Source of the DNA: Deltaproteobacteria bacterium
GTDB taxonomy: Bacteria > Myxococcota_A > Polyangia > Fen-1088
Assembly: GCA_033763315.1 (NCBI GenBank)
Contig: JANRKS010000002.1
Span: 416,001-480,000, forward strand
Direction: 5' to 3'
DNA length: 64,000 nucleotides
Shown: piece after piece, positions 44,304-54,671 of the stretch
Layout: each line of letters starts with the position of its first letter
Numbering within the stretch: the stretch's first letter is position 1
Program-made: the position numbers and the translations under genes
Notes under the pieces: generated by a model
Database searches by the model: none
What the model saw: the letters and a program-made list of their open reading frames with translations, nothing else
What the model was told of the DNA's origin: nothing

Positions 44304-45968
44304 CTAGTTACCTGCCTTCCGCAACACAAACGATGGGTTGGTGACCAACGCCAGAACCAACTCGCGAACGTCCGAGCCTTCATCCTTCAAGGTCTTGCCC
44401 AAAGCCTGATTTCGGCAAGCATCGGCTTCACCGGGAGGCGCGCCAAAGAGGAACCCACGGGCATGGCGCGCGAAACAGGCGTTGCCGGTTTCGGTGGTCA
44501 ACAGCTTGGCGACCATGGCAGCGGTGTCTTTGTAAGATCCGTTAACGTCATCAGCAAGTCCGTCAACGGTGACGCTGGAATCAATCTTCTTCCCAAACTC
44601 AGTGGGGCGATCTCTGCCGACCGCATCGAACTGCTCAAAGCCTAGACCATAGGGAATGAATTGGCCGTGACAGCTTACGCACTCAGGCGCTGACTTGCGG
44701 GCAAACTCCCAGTGCTCGCGTTGCGTGTAATCAGTGTTGGGTGCAAAGATTTTTCCCGCCATCGATTGCGCACCCTCGGGTGGCAAGGGCACGGTGCCGC
44801 ACAGAAAACGAGTGAGCACCAATAAGCCGCGCTTGGTTGTGGACGTGTGATCCACGGCGCTGCTTGCGCTTAAGAACGATCCGAGGCCAAGCAGCCCGCG
44901 GCGGTGTTCCGGCAACTTCACGAGCGCTTTCGCGTCGTCAGCCGCGGGCGAGGTTAACCCGTAAAAGCGAGCCAATCGCCCCGATATTTCAACCTCGTCA
45001 GCATCGAAGATGCCAGCCAATCCGTTGCCGCCGTCGGATAGATTGGCTTTGACCAAGCTGCGGGCTTCGTCCCGCATGTCTAAACGAACCTTCGCTGTGA
45101 AATCCGGAAATTTGTCTACGTCTTTGGGTGTGCCAAGCACATCGTCCAAGCCGTAAAGCTGCACAAAGAGATCCATAGTCTTGGCTTGCCCCGCCGGTGT
45201 GGACATAAGACGTATGGCCTGCGCGCGACGCACCTCCGCGTCTGAAAGCTCGCCCTTTTCAGCCAGCGACATTAGCTCTTCATCAGCGGGGCCATCCGTT
45301 AACACATAGGCGAGCTCGTTCGCGAGTTCGTGTGCCGACAGTTGCACCAGGCCTTTGACCTCGTTGCCGCCGAATTCCGTGCGGTAAAGGTGCCAGGGTG
45401 AGAGCAACAACGCGCGCAACACTTGGTTCGTGGCCACGTCCGCTGACCAAGTGGCTTTGCTGCTCTTCCAAAGTTCGCGATAGCGATCAATTTCATCTGA
45501 AGCCAAAGGACGACGGAACGCGCGCTTGCCGAAGTCGCCCACAAACGCGTTGAGGCATTCATCATCCGCTGTGGCAAACACACAAGCGTGTTGCTGTTTT
45601 GCCTGTAAGGCCAGCTTGGGCGCCGTCGCATTTGCCACGCTCTTAAAGGACGAAAAATTGGCGGCGGTCACCGTTAAGACGTCAGCGTACGTGTTGAAGG
45701 AAACGATGCCGTCGTTGTGAAAGGCATCCGCGGGCAGATCGATGGCGGACTCATCCATTCCAAAGCTAACGCCCAACGTTCGCTTGTATTGCGACGCCGT
45801 AAGCCGCAGCGCCCGCGCCGGAAGAACTTCCTCATCGACCGGACAATCCGCCGCGGGTGCCACGGGTGCCCCGCCTTCGCCGCCTTGATCGTCGGCGCCG
45901 GACATAGGGGTCGAGGAGCCACCACAGCCCAAGGACAACGAAACAACCAACGGAACTACGCGTCGCAT
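44304..45968 (-). CDS. DUF1592/DUF1588/DUF1595-domain lipoprotein with c-heme motif
   Basis: Lipobox SLGC; LRLT..QY..T, FGKRAFRRPL, LLSP..LYRTE, ELA..L.Y.L....D..L, RRGLL, TS.TKRG, CVSCH, GLGFEQFDAVGR. Confidence 0.9.
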   Translation of the reverse strand: MRRVVPLVVSLSLGCGGSSTPMSGADDQGGEGGAPVAPAADCPVDEEVLPARALRLTASQYKRTLGVSFGMDESAIDLPADAFHNDGIVSFNTYADVLTVTAANFSSFKSVANATAPKLALQAKQQHACVFATADDECLNAFVGDFGKRAFRRPLASDEIDRYRELWKSSKATWSADVATNQVLRALLLSPWHLYRTEFGGNEVKGLVQLSAHELANELAYVLTDGPADEELMSLAEKGELSDAEVRRAQAIRLMSTPAGQAKTMDLFVQLYGLDDVLGTPKDVDKFPDFTAKVRLDMRDEARSLVKANLSDGGNGLAGIFDADEVEISGRLARFYGLTSPAADDAKALVKLPEHRRGLLGLGSFLSASSAVDHTSTTKRGLLVLTRFLCGTVPLPPEGAQSMAGKIFAPNTDYTQREHWEFARKSAPECVSCHGQFIPYGLGFEQFDAVGRDRPTEFGKKIDSSVTVDGLADDVNGSYKDTAAMVAKLLTTETGNACFARHARGFLFGAPPGEADACRNQALGKTLKDEGSDVRELVLALVTNPSFVLRKAGN

Positions 45969-46101
45969 TCTGCCTCCGAGGTAGATGCATACGATGATAG
46001 GCATAGGCGCAAATGCCTAAATCGGTACTATGGCGTAGGTGAGGTCAGCCAGGTGACCCATCGAGACGCGCGACCCCGGTGCGAAAAATGTAAGCGCGCC
46101 G

Positions 46102-47412
46102 CTACACCATCTCCAAACCGCGCATCGTCCCGGTGCTGCTGGCGAACTTTTCGATGTTGAGCCCTAATCGCTGCAGCACGCTGACAAAAAGGTTCGGCAA
46201 CGGGTAGTTGTGCTCGCGATCAAACGCCAGATGTTGCCCGTGTTTGAACCCTCCGCCCGCAAACAAGATTGGCAAGTTTGTGGTTACGTGGCTGTTGGCA
46301 TCTCCCATGTTGCTGCCAAACAAAACCATCGTTCTATCAAGCAGCGATTCCTCGCCTTCCTTTGCAGCCTGCAGTGAAGTGAACAGCCCCCCAAGCAGCT
46401 TCATATGCTGGCGATCGATTTGAGCCAACTGCGCCAGCTTGTCTTCCGAATGGCCGTGGTGAGAAAGGTTGTGATAGGCGTCTTTGATTTCCGCGCCCTC
46501 GAAGTCCATGGGCGGGGTGCTTACGCCATCGAGCATGATTGTCACCAGCCGGGTCGAATCGGTCTGGAACGCCAAGCGTGTCATGTCGTACATCAGCTTG
46601 GTTTTTGCCATGAACTGCTTGTTGTTGGTGATATCTATCGGAGGCTTGCCGCGTGCGGGGGGGCGCGGCACGTCTTCCCAACTGCGGGCCTTAACCAATC
46701 GTGCTTCTAGATCCCGAACCGCCGTGAAGTACTGGTCCAGTTTCTCTTTGTCACGAACGCCCAACTTGCGATCTAGCCCTTTGGCTTGTTCCGCCACCGC
46801 GTCCATAACGCTGCGGCCAAGGTCCAATCGTTGCAGCTGCTGCCGGATGTCCTCAGCATCGCCCCGCAAGAACATGCGTGCGTATAGTGCGGAGGGGCGC
46901 TGTTCACAGGGGATCAAAACACCACCCGGTGTCCATGAAAGGCTGCGTTGCCCGCCATCTTGGTTTACGCCCAAAGTTAGCGAAGGAAAACGCGTCAACT
47001 GGCCGATGTGTTGTGCCGCAAATTGATCTAATGAAACCCGATTGCGAAAGCCGCCGCTGGCGGGGTGGGGGGCCGCTGTTAAAAAGCAATTGTCGGCCGG
47101 GTGACCGCCATCCACGTCGGGATGTGATACGCCAGAGAACACAGTGAAGGCATCACGGTGTGCCGCCAGCTCTTGCAAATAGGGCGAAAGTGCATAACCG
47201 CGGCCTGTTTCGCTGGGAAAGAAGCCCGTCGGCACAACGCTCAGATTGTTGCAAATGGCCAGGAAACGCCTGGGGGTTGGCCCACGCGCGGCGCGCGCTT
47301 GCCGTGGCAGCGCCGAAGTCAAAGCGGGCAGTGGCAAGAACACCCCGGCGGCACGGAGGAATTGCCGGCGTGAAGGATGCATCGTTGCGGACCAAGAGGA
47401 TCGTGTCTTCAT
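46102..47412 (-). CDS. DUF1552 (HXXSHH) family protein, Tat-type signal
   Basis: [65 protein letters not shown]. Confidence 0.92.
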   Translation of the reverse strand: MKTRSSWSATMHPSRRQFLRAAGVFLPLPALTSALPRQARAARGPTPRRFLAICNNLSVVPTGFFPSETGRGYALSPYLQELAAHRDAFTVFSGVSHPDVDGGHPADNCFLTAAPHPASGGFRNRVSLDQFAAQHIGQLTRFPSLTLGVNQDGGQRSLSWTPGGVLIPCEQRPSALYARMFLRGDAEDIRQQLQRLDLGRSVMDAVAEQAKGLDRKLGVRDKEKLDQYFTAVRDLEARLVKARSWEDVPRPPARGKPPIDITNNKQFMAKTKLMYDMTRLAFQTDSTRLVTIMLDGVSTPPMDFEGAEIKDAYHNLSHHGHSEDKLAQLAQIDRQHMKLLGGLFTSLQAAKEGEESLLDRTMVLFGSNMGDANSHVTTNLPILFAGGGFKHGQHLAFDREHNYPLPNLFVSVLQRLGLNIEKFASSTGTMRGLEMV

Positions 47413-47420
47413 CGTATCTC

Positions 47421-50054
47421 CTACTTCGTGCGAAACAAACGGCTATCGACGGCAGCCAGAATGAGTGACCGCACGCCGTAACGGCTGTTTCTTGCGCGAT
47501 CCAAGATGCTCTCCACGGCTGGACGATCACCGAACGTCACGGGCGCCCCCGTGGCGAAGACGATCAATTGGTTTACGAGGTTGCGTGCGATCTGACGTTC
47601 GTTGCGCAGCAACAACGTGCGGAACATCGTGACGTCTTTGAATGGACGCCCGTCGGGCAGTTGCCCTGTTGAATCCACAGGAAGCGCCGAATGGAATTCA
47701 TACCGCAAGCCATCGACACCGAACTGTTCGCTTGGAACATCGGGATCCCCCATCGCACGATACGTTTTGCGAAGCCCACCGAAGATGTCGAAACTCTCGA
47801 GCGCAAAGCCCGCAGGATCGATCTTGATGTGGCAGCTTGCGCACAACGGATCGGCGCGGTGTTTGGCCAATTGATCGCGAATGGTGTGAGCACCTCGGAT
47901 GTCTGGTTCGATGGCAGGCACACCTGGCGGGGGCGGGGGGACGGGCATGCCAAGCAAGCGTTCCGAAATCCAGGCGCCACGTATCACGGGTGAAGTGGTG
48001 GTTCCGTTGGCCGTCACTTTGAGCACGGCGGCTTGGGTAAGTAGGCCACCACGTTGGCTGTTGGCGGGCAAGGGAAGCCGAACGAGTTGTGAACCCAAGG
48101 TTATCCCGCGTGGCGGGGCGATGCCGTAATGGCGGGCCAAGCGTTCGTTGGCAAACGTGAAGTCAGATGCAACCACGTGTGAGGCCGGTAGATCTTTGCG
48201 CAACATTTCCGCGAAGAAAAGCTGAGGCTCCTGGAGGGCGGATTCAACCAAGTGATCGTCGAGGTTGTAGTCAGGGTAAAGGACCGCGTCTGGTGAAGTG
48301 CCTCCCACCTTGCGCAGATCAAGCCAGTAGTCGAGGAAGGCGTCGACGAAGCGCCGCGATCGCGGATCGTCCAACAGCCGTTGGCTTTGCACCCGCAGTT
48401 CGTCGCCGCGCGAAAGTTCTTTGCGGCCAGCTTTGCCGCGCAAGATGGCGTCGGGCGGGGAATTCCACAAAAAATGCGAAAGTCGCGACGCAAGCGCCCA
48501 ATCATCAAGCTCTCCCGGCTCTTCGTCTAAATAGATAAAGGGCTCGGAACAAAGCACCGCCGCGTAAGTAGCCATCACAGCCTCGGCGAACGGCACGCCC
48601 GAAGCCATGGTCTTGTTGGCGAAGTTCGTAAAGAATTTCAGATCCTTTTCGGAAGGCGGGCGGCGGTAGGCTTGTTGTACGAATGCGGTGATCAGCTTTT
48701 GGGCATCGCCAGCGGGATCGGTTGTAACCACTTCAGCGCGATCTCGACCCAGCTTTTTGACCGGCAAATCACCAAACAAGAGCTTGCGCCCCGCTATTGC
48801 TTTGTCGTCCGCAATCGGGCCTTCCACTTGCAGCCACCGAAACGAGACGCCGGGTTGCCCGTCCCGTTGGCCAAGCGGGTTGTGAAATTCACTGCCGTGT
48901 GGCCGCTTGCGGTTCGAGCGCGGCGGTCGGCTGCGAAAAAAACGGCTGGCATCGGGGCGAATCGTTTCGCCCTCGAGCAAGTAAACATCAAATTCCGCCA
49001 CCTGTGGCTCCACGCCTGCGTCGAAAGCGCCGAGCCTGCGCAGCAACGTGGGCGGACGTTCAGCATACAAAGTTATGGGCTCTGCCCTTCGCCCCTTGGA
49101 AATTTTATCGAAATCGGGATGCCACCAATCAACGCCTTCACGCGGACCCAACCAGATGGAATGGGCCATGATCGTCAACTTGTATCGCCCTGAACGAGGA
49201 GCCTTGAACTTCTCAAACTTGGGCTCGACTGGTTCGTAGGTTCCGTGAACAAAGCCCACGCCTTCCAAATCGCGCTTCACGGGGTCGGCCGCGCCCACAG
49301 TGACAGGCGACTTTCGGGCGCGCACATCGGGCTGGCCTTCGAAGCCCAAAACGGGAAATGCGTTGCGAATCGATCCCGAGTGCCATTCGCTTTCTGCGCG
49401 CGGGAAACGCGCCATGGATCGCTGCTCCCTTGCGTAGTAGCGGGTGACCGGCGGTTTGGCCCCATCAATCGGGTCCAACTCGGCAGCGATGATCTCCTTC
49501 ATGGCAAACTCCGCCGCCGACAGATACTGCGACATCTGCACGTGCGAAACGTCAAGCGCCTCGCCAACCTTGTTGAAACGATGGGCCTCACCGTCTTCAG
49601 GCAACAGATCTTTTATTTGCAACCAAGGAGCATTGAAGACATCGCGCAGGGCGTTCTCGTATTCATAGCGATTCAACCGCCGACGAGTGGCGCGTCCTTG
49701 CTCCGCTTGCCGGGCAAGGTCAGTGGCAATCAAGGGATCGGCAAGCGCCACAAGAAATGAATCGGCCTGCGCCCGAGGCGGCCGTCTGCCTTTGCCTGGT
49801 GGCATCTCGCCGGCCCGCACACGATCGTAAACCTTGACCCACGTCTCGAAGGCTTTGGGATCGCCAAGATGGAGGCCGAGCGTGCCAAGGTCCAACTTGG
49901 CCTTGGCGGTGTCGCCCTCATGGCAATCCAAGCAATGTTCCTCAACAAAGGCGCGAATGCGAGAGGGGGGCTCGGCCGCCCGTGACGGTTGCCCTGCCGC
50001 CACACAGGCCGCAGCGAGCACGAAAAGTCGCAACCATAGGGGGGCACAACGCAT
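47421..50054 (-). CDS. DUF1592-family protein with N-terminal planctomycete-type cytochrome c
   Basis: [70 protein letters not shown]. Confidence 0.92.
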   Translation of the reverse strand: MRCAPLWLRLFVLAAACVAAGQPSRAAEPPSRIRAFVEEHCLDCHEGDTAKAKLDLGTLGLHLGDPKAFETWVKVYDRVRAGEMPPGKGRRPPRAQADSFLVALADPLIATDLARQAEQGRATRRRLNRYEYENALRDVFNAPWLQIKDLLPEDGEAHRFNKVGEALDVSHVQMSQYLSAAEFAMKEIIAAELDPIDGAKPPVTRYYAREQRSMARFPRAESEWHSGSIRNAFPVLGFEGQPDVRARKSPVTVGAADPVKRDLEGVGFVHGTYEPVEPKFEKFKAPRSGRYKLTIMAHSIWLGPREGVDWWHPDFDKISKGRRAEPITLYAERPPTLLRRLGAFDAGVEPQVAEFDVYLLEGETIRPDASRFFRSRPPRSNRKRPHGSEFHNPLGQRDGQPGVSFRWLQVEGPIADDKAIAGRKLLFGDLPVKKLGRDRAEVVTTDPAGDAQKLITAFVQQAYRRPPSEKDLKFFTNFANKTMASGVPFAEAVMATYAAVLCSEPFIYLDEEPGELDDWALASRLSHFLWNSPPDAILRGKAGRKELSRGDELRVQSQRLLDDPRSRRFVDAFLDYWLDLRKVGGTSPDAVLYPDYNLDDHLVESALQEPQLFFAEMLRKDLPASHVVASDFTFANERLARHYGIAPPRGITLGSQLVRLPLPANSQRGGLLTQAAVLKVTANGTTTSPVIRGAWISERLLGMPVPPPPPGVPAIEPDIRGAHTIRDQLAKHRADPLCASCHIKIDPAGFALESFDIFGGLRKTYRAMGDPDVPSEQFGVDGLRYEFHSALPVDSTGQLPDGRPFKDVTMFRTLLLRNERQIARNLVNQLIVFATGAPVTFGDRPAVESILDRARNSRYGVRSLILAAVDSRLFRTK

Positions 50055-50233
50055 GTCTAACAGTGTGCCGCCGGAGCGAACGGTTTTCTCCTTATAGTGA
50101 CGGCGCGGTGACGAACGTGCGCCTTCGGCCCCAGAGGGATCACACTTTGGGTCAAAAGTACTAAAGTTGCGACTGCCGTGCCCGTGGCCGGGGCGCCGGC
50201 AAATAGCCCTTTGTCCCGGCCGCGTCCGAGTCA

Positions 50234-50716
50234 TTGGATGCGTTCCCCACCCTCGCCGGCTCGACATCAGTGCCTCCGTCCGCCATCTTGGCATGCTTGG
50301 CCGGCACAGGAATTTCAGCGTTTAAGGATCGCGTTGGTTCGGGGGTCGATTTTCCCGTTGGGATCAGCCACCTCGAAGCGATGCTTCCGGGGGTTGCGTT
50401 CGCCGCGTATTTCATCTCGACTTCGACACGTCTTCGGCAGGCATATTCCTTAAAGGCCGAGCGCCTACCGGTGTTTCGGATCCAGCGCCAGGTGCCGTTG
50501 CTTCGGGTGATGAACGATTTCATCTCGCCAGAGGCCCGGCATCAAACCATGCACTTGATCGTGTATGCCATTCCCGCTGCGAGGAAAAGAGCGATCAAGG
50601 CGGCGCTTGGCGGCTTTGATCTCGCTGCACTCGAGCGCGATTTTCCGGAGGCCATGGTCTATCATGGGCCGGCGGACACGCTTGAGATCGAAGCTGGCCT
50701 TCCCAACTGGTTCTAA
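50234..50716 (+). CDS. Hypothetical protein
   Basis: 160-aa ORF in a gap; true start may be downstream; no family confidently recognised. Confidence 0.45.
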   Translation: MDAFPTLAGSTSVPPSAILACLAGTGISAFKDRVGSGVDFPVGISHLEAMLPGVAFAAYFISTSTRLRQAYSLKAERLPVFRIQRQVPLLRVMNDFISPEARHQTMHLIVYAIPAARKRAIKAALGGFDLAALERDFPEAMVYHGPADTLEIEAGLPNWF

Positions 50717-50722
50717 GGCTAA

Positions 50723-50866
50723 AATCACGGATACGTCGGGATATGTGGCGAGCCCCGTGGCTTTGACACGTGTCTGCAAATCGGCCTTGTAGACGCGACA
50801 CAGTTTGCCGCGCACGTGGCTAGCAATGACAGCGATGAGTTTAGCCGCGAGCGCCGCATGTTCGGC
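50723..50866 (-). pseudogene. Internal fragment of a Uma2 (DUF820) family endonuclease
   Basis: Reads AEHAALAAKLIAVIASHVRGKLCRVYKADLQTRVKATGLATYPDVSVI; immediately preceded by in-frame TAA, no start, C-terminal half absent. Confidence 0.72.
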
Positions 50867-50879
50867 TTACCCGAGGCGC

Positions 50880-51722
50880 TTAATCGCCAGTGGTGGTTTC
50901 CATTTCAAGGGCGGCGTCTGTTAATTGAAACAAGAACACGGCCGCGGCGGTGGCCACATTCAATGAATCCGCGTTGGCCATCGGTATGGTCACAAGTTCA
51001 TCGCACAAAGCGCGGGTCGTGTCCTTGAGCCCATCGCCCTCCGATCCGAAGACAAGAATGCGCGGTTCACGTGAGGCGCGGCATTCCCGCAGCCTGCGCG
51101 CACCTTCTGCCTGCACCACCGTGCCCAGGATCCGCGCGCCCAATTGCGCTCGCCATGCCAGCAAATCATCAGGCCACGCGGTGGCGCGCACGATGGGCAA
51201 GCGAAACGTATTGCCCATCGCCACACGAATGGCCTTGCGGTAGTACGGATCCGCTGCCTTGGGCGACAACAGCATGCCATCGGCGCCGAAGGCGCACGCG
51301 TGTCGAACGATGGCGCCCACGTTGTCAACATCAACCAAGTCTTCAAGCGCCACGATCAGGCGCGCGTCCTTCGCGAATGCGGGGGCTGCGGGGCGCACGC
51401 CGATGGCCAAACAGCCGCGGTGCACGTTGAAACCCGCTACCGCATCCATCAGGGCTTGTTCAACCACATACACCGTCGGCTTGTTCGCTCGATCTGAAAA
51501 GGCAGGCGTTTGCAACAACCGCTGCCAGCGCGCCTCGGTGGTCAGCACGGAGTTGACGGCGAGCTCGCTTTGCAAAAGCTGGCAAACCACCGAGAAACTC
51601 TCGGCCACAAATCGGTTGCTGCGCTCCTGCAGCGAATTGTCTTTGAGATTGCGGTAATCGTCGAGCCTCGGATCCTCAAGGCTTGCGATTCGCTCGACCG
51701 CATTTTCGGTGGCCGTTGTCAC
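50880..51722 (-). CDS. TrmH/SpoU-family RNA methyltransferase
   Basis: DPRLDDYR, GFNVHRGCLA, NVGAIVR, DPYYRKAIRVAMG, VFGSEGDGL, IPM..DSLNVATA. Confidence 0.93.
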   Translation of the reverse strand: MTTATENAVERIASLEDPRLDDYRNLKDNSLQERSNRFVAESFSVVCQLLQSELAVNSVLTTEARWQRLLQTPAFSDRANKPTVYVVEQALMDAVAGFNVHRGCLAIGVRPAAPAFAKDARLIVALEDLVDVDNVGAIVRHACAFGADGMLLSPKAADPYYRKAIRVAMGNTFRLPIVRATAWPDDLLAWRAQLGARILGTVVQAEGARRLRECRASREPRILVFGSEGDGLKDTTRALCDELVTIPMANADSLNVATAAAVFLFQLTDAALEMETTTGD

Positions 51723-53737
51723 CGACCCACGTGGCCCAACGCTGCCACCAACGCGGCAAAGTCTTGCGCGGCCAAGCTTTGTTCGCCGCCCACGATGGCG
51801 GTGTCAGGTTCGGGATGCAACGAAACCACAACGCCTTGCGCCCCGCACGCGCGTGCGCCGAGCGCCATAGGCAACACATGCGACCGTTTGCCTGTGCCTT
51901 GGCTCGGATCCACCAACACGGGCAAGTGCGTGCGTTCGCGCAAAACCACCACGGCAGAAAGGTCCAGCGTGTTGCGCGTGGCGCTTTCGAAGGTGCGAAT
52001 GCCCCGCTCACACAAGATCACTTGGCCATTGCCGTGCGAGATCACAAATTCTGCTGACGCCAACCATTCATCAATGGTGCTGGAAAGGCCGCGTTCGAGG
52101 ACCACGGGCTTATCAACCTTGGCCAACTCTGCCAGCAGCGCAAAGTTCTGCATGTTGCGCGCGGCGACCATGATCAAATCCACTTTGTCGGCCACGTGGT
52201 GCACGTGCTCAGGCAACGACACTTCAGTCATCACCGGCAAGTTGTAGGCCTTGCCCGCGGCCACAAGCCATTGCAGCCCCTGTAAACCAGTGCCCGCAAA
52301 CTCTTGCGCCTCGCCTGCAAACACGTTGCCACGCAAGATGTGGCCGCCGCCGTCGTGCGTGGCACGCGCCGCCGCCTCAATCTGCGACTGGGACTCCACG
52401 AAGGTGGGGCCAGCGATGACGGTGAAGTTGTTGCCGCCGATCAACAGATCGCCCACGCGGACGGTGGTGTCATTGGCGCGCGCGGTGCGTTCGGAAAGCC
52501 TCGCGTGCGTTGTGGCGGCAGGTGCTGGTGTTGCGACAGGTGTCTTCACCGCTGTGGCCAACGGATCGGTTGGCATCGCCTTGGACGGGTAACAGCCCAA
52601 AATCTTCAGGAACAGCGCGTGTGCCCGTAAGCTCTCGAGTGCGGCCGCGACGTTGGGCGTTTGCACGTGCCCCTCGAAGTCAATGAAGAACATATATTCC
52701 CACGGCCGGTTCTTGCGTGGCCGCGATTCCAGCTTGGTGAGGCTGACGCCAAAATCAGACAGGATCTGCAGGCACTGAAGCAACGCCCCGTGTTCGTGAC
52801 GAGTGGTGAGGATCAGGCTCGTCTTGCATGGTACGCGCGGATCCACGTGCAATGGCTCGCGCGCCAAGGCAACAAAGCGGCACAGGATCTCATCTTGGTT
52901 GCCCACCGCGTGTCGCAACACGCTTAGTCCCCACGCCGCCGCCCCTTGCGGCGCCGCAATCACAGCTTGGCTGGGGTTCTGCTGGTCGGCCACCAGTTGC
53001 AGCGCTTCGGCGCTGTCGCGCGTGGCCACAGCGCGCGCGCGTGGCAACGACTTGATGAACGCGGAACATTGCTCAAGCACGTTTGGGTGACCGTAGATGC
53101 GATCCAGCGATTCAACCGGCACGCTGCCCACGGCGGCCAAACAGTGATCGATCTTGTACGTCTCTTCACCGACGATGTGCAAATCGTGCTCGCGCAACAG
53201 ATCGTAAACGGCGTTCATGCTGCCCGCGAATGTGTTTTCAATTGGCAGCAAAATGAGATCGACGCCACTCGACTTGAGCCGCGCCACCGCACCCTCAAGC
53301 GAATCGATCATTTCATAGCGGCCCACGAGGCCGCGCCCCGAAAGGTATTGTTCAGCCGCGAGGTGATCGTAGCTGTACGTGCCGCCTTGCAAAGCCACGC
53401 CGATCTCACGGCCAGCGTCGCTCTTGCCGCCAGAAATTGTGGTGGCCTGCACAGCCACTGAATGCGCCATGATGTCGGAGAAAATCTTGCGCACGAGCGC
53501 GCCCGAAAGCGAAAGCTCCCGCGCGCGCGCCTCCACCCGCGACAGCACCTCGCGCTCGCGCGTGAGATCCCGGATCGTGTCTTGCCGGCCCGTCTTGGAG
53601 GCGATGATCTTCGCCACCGTTTCAAAGCGCAGCGCAATCAAGCGAACGATGTCGCTGTCGATCTGATCAAGCTCGCCCCGCAGGGCTTTAAGAGGGTGGG
53701 GGGCGGCGGCTGGCTGGCCTTGGTCGTCGCTCGGCAT
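51719..53737 (-). CDS. Chorismate mutase (AroQ) fused to degenerate prephenate dehydratase-ACT and degenerate type I-beta DAHP synthase domains
   Basis: CM: LR.ELD.ID..IV.L...R..K..IRD..RE; PDT: LPIENTFAGS; ACT: LTKLESRP..PWEYMFFIDFEG; DAHPS: ARNMQNF.LL, ILCERGIRTFE..TRNTLDL; catalytic motifs altered (see findings). Confidence 0.88.
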   Translation of the reverse strand: MPSDDQGQPAAAPHPLKALRGELDQIDSDIVRLIALRFETVAKIIASKTGRQDTIRDLTREREVLSRVEARARELSLSGALVRKIFSDIMAHSVAVQATTISGGKSDAGREIGVALQGGTYSYDHLAAEQYLSGRGLVGRYEMIDSLEGAVARLKSSGVDLILLPIENTFAGSMNAVYDLLREHDLHIVGEETYKIDHCLAAVGSVPVESLDRIYGHPNVLEQCSAFIKSLPRARAVATRDSAEALQLVADQQNPSQAVIAAPQGAAAWGLSVLRHAVGNQDEILCRFVALAREPLHVDPRVPCKTSLILTTRHEHGALLQCLQILSDFGVSLTKLESRPRKNRPWEYMFFIDFEGHVQTPNVAAALESLRAHALFLKILGCYPSKAMPTDPLATAVKTPVATPAPAATTHARLSERTARANDTTVRVGDLLIGGNNFTVIAGPTFVESQSQIEAAARATHDGGGHILRGNVFAGEAQEFAGTGLQGLQWLVAAGKAYNLPVMTEVSLPEHVHHVADKVDLIMVAARNMQNFALLAELAKVDKPVVLERGLSSTIDEWLASAEFVISHGNGQVILCERGIRTFESATRNTLDLSAVVVLRERTHLPVLVDPSQGTGKRSHVLPMALGARACGAQGVVVSLHPEPDTAIVGGEQSLAAQDFAALVAALGHVGR

Positions 53738-53761
53738 GGCGGCGCCAAATGTACCAGACGT

Positions 53762-54631
53762 TCACACAGTCAGCGTTGGATACGACCCAAGAACCCGAAT
53801 CGATTCGGTGCCCACCCCGAGCGCCGCAAGGGCCCTCTGCACGGCCGGTGTGTCTTCGGCCCCCACCAGATCCAGATAGAACGAATATTCCCAAGGCCGA
53901 CCCTCGATAGGGCGTGACTCGATCTTCGTTAGATCCACGCCCTCTTTGGCAAACGCCGACAGGGCTTCATAAAGACCTCCGGGGCGGTTCGCAATACGGA
54001 AAACGATGGACGTTTTGCGCCCTGGGCCCGCGTTTGGCAATTGCACCTGTTGCACGCGTGCGGGTGGCGTCAGCACAAAAAAGCGCGTGAAGTTTTGCGC
54101 GTGGCTTTCGATGCCCGGCACAACAATTTGTGCCCCATACACCTCCGCGGCGGCCACACCCGCGATGCCGGCGGCGGTGGCGTCGTCGCCATCCATCACC
54201 ATCTTCACGCTGCCAGCCGTGTCGTACGCTTGTTCAACCTGCAGCTGTGGGTTGGCTTTCAAGAAGCGTTCACATTGGGCCAAGGCCACCGGGTGTGAGA
54301 ACACACGCTTGATGTCTTCCAGCTTTACGCCCGGTTTGGCGATCAAATTGTGAACAATGCGCAGCACGAGCTCAGCTGCGATCTGCAGTTGGTGCTCAAC
54401 CAAAAGGTCGTAGTTCTTGATGATCGAGCCGACCAAAGTGTTTTCGATCGGCACCACGGCCACGTCGGCTTCACCAAGATTGACGGCCTCGAACATTTCC
54501 TCGAACGTTCGTCGCGGCACGATGGTCAGGTTCGGGCCGAACGCGCCGCGGGCCGCTTCGTGCGAAAATGCGCCTAATTCCCCCTGGATTGCAGCACGAA
54601 GGGGGGAATGGGGATCTGCCGTAACCGTCAT
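53762..54631 (-). CDS. pheA: Prephenate dehydratase with ACT domain
   Basis: QGELGAFSHEA, VPIENTLVGS, SHPVALAQC, DTAGSV, NFTRF, LTKIESRP. Confidence 0.93.
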   Translation of the reverse strand: MTVTADPHSPLRAAIQGELGAFSHEAARGAFGPNLTIVPRRTFEEMFEAVNLGEADVAVVPIENTLVGSIIKNYDLLVEHQLQIAAELVLRIVHNLIAKPGVKLEDIKRVFSHPVALAQCERFLKANPQLQVEQAYDTAGSVKMVMDGDDATAAGIAGVAAAEVYGAQIVVPGIESHAQNFTRFFVLTPPARVQQVQLPNAGPGRKTSIVFRIANRPGGLYEALSAFAKEGVDLTKIESRPIEGRPWEYSFYLDLVGAEDTPAVQRALAALGVGTESIRVLGSYPTLTV

Positions 54632-54671
54632 AGTCGCGGCAGAATACACCTTTGCAGCAACGTTGGCCTCG

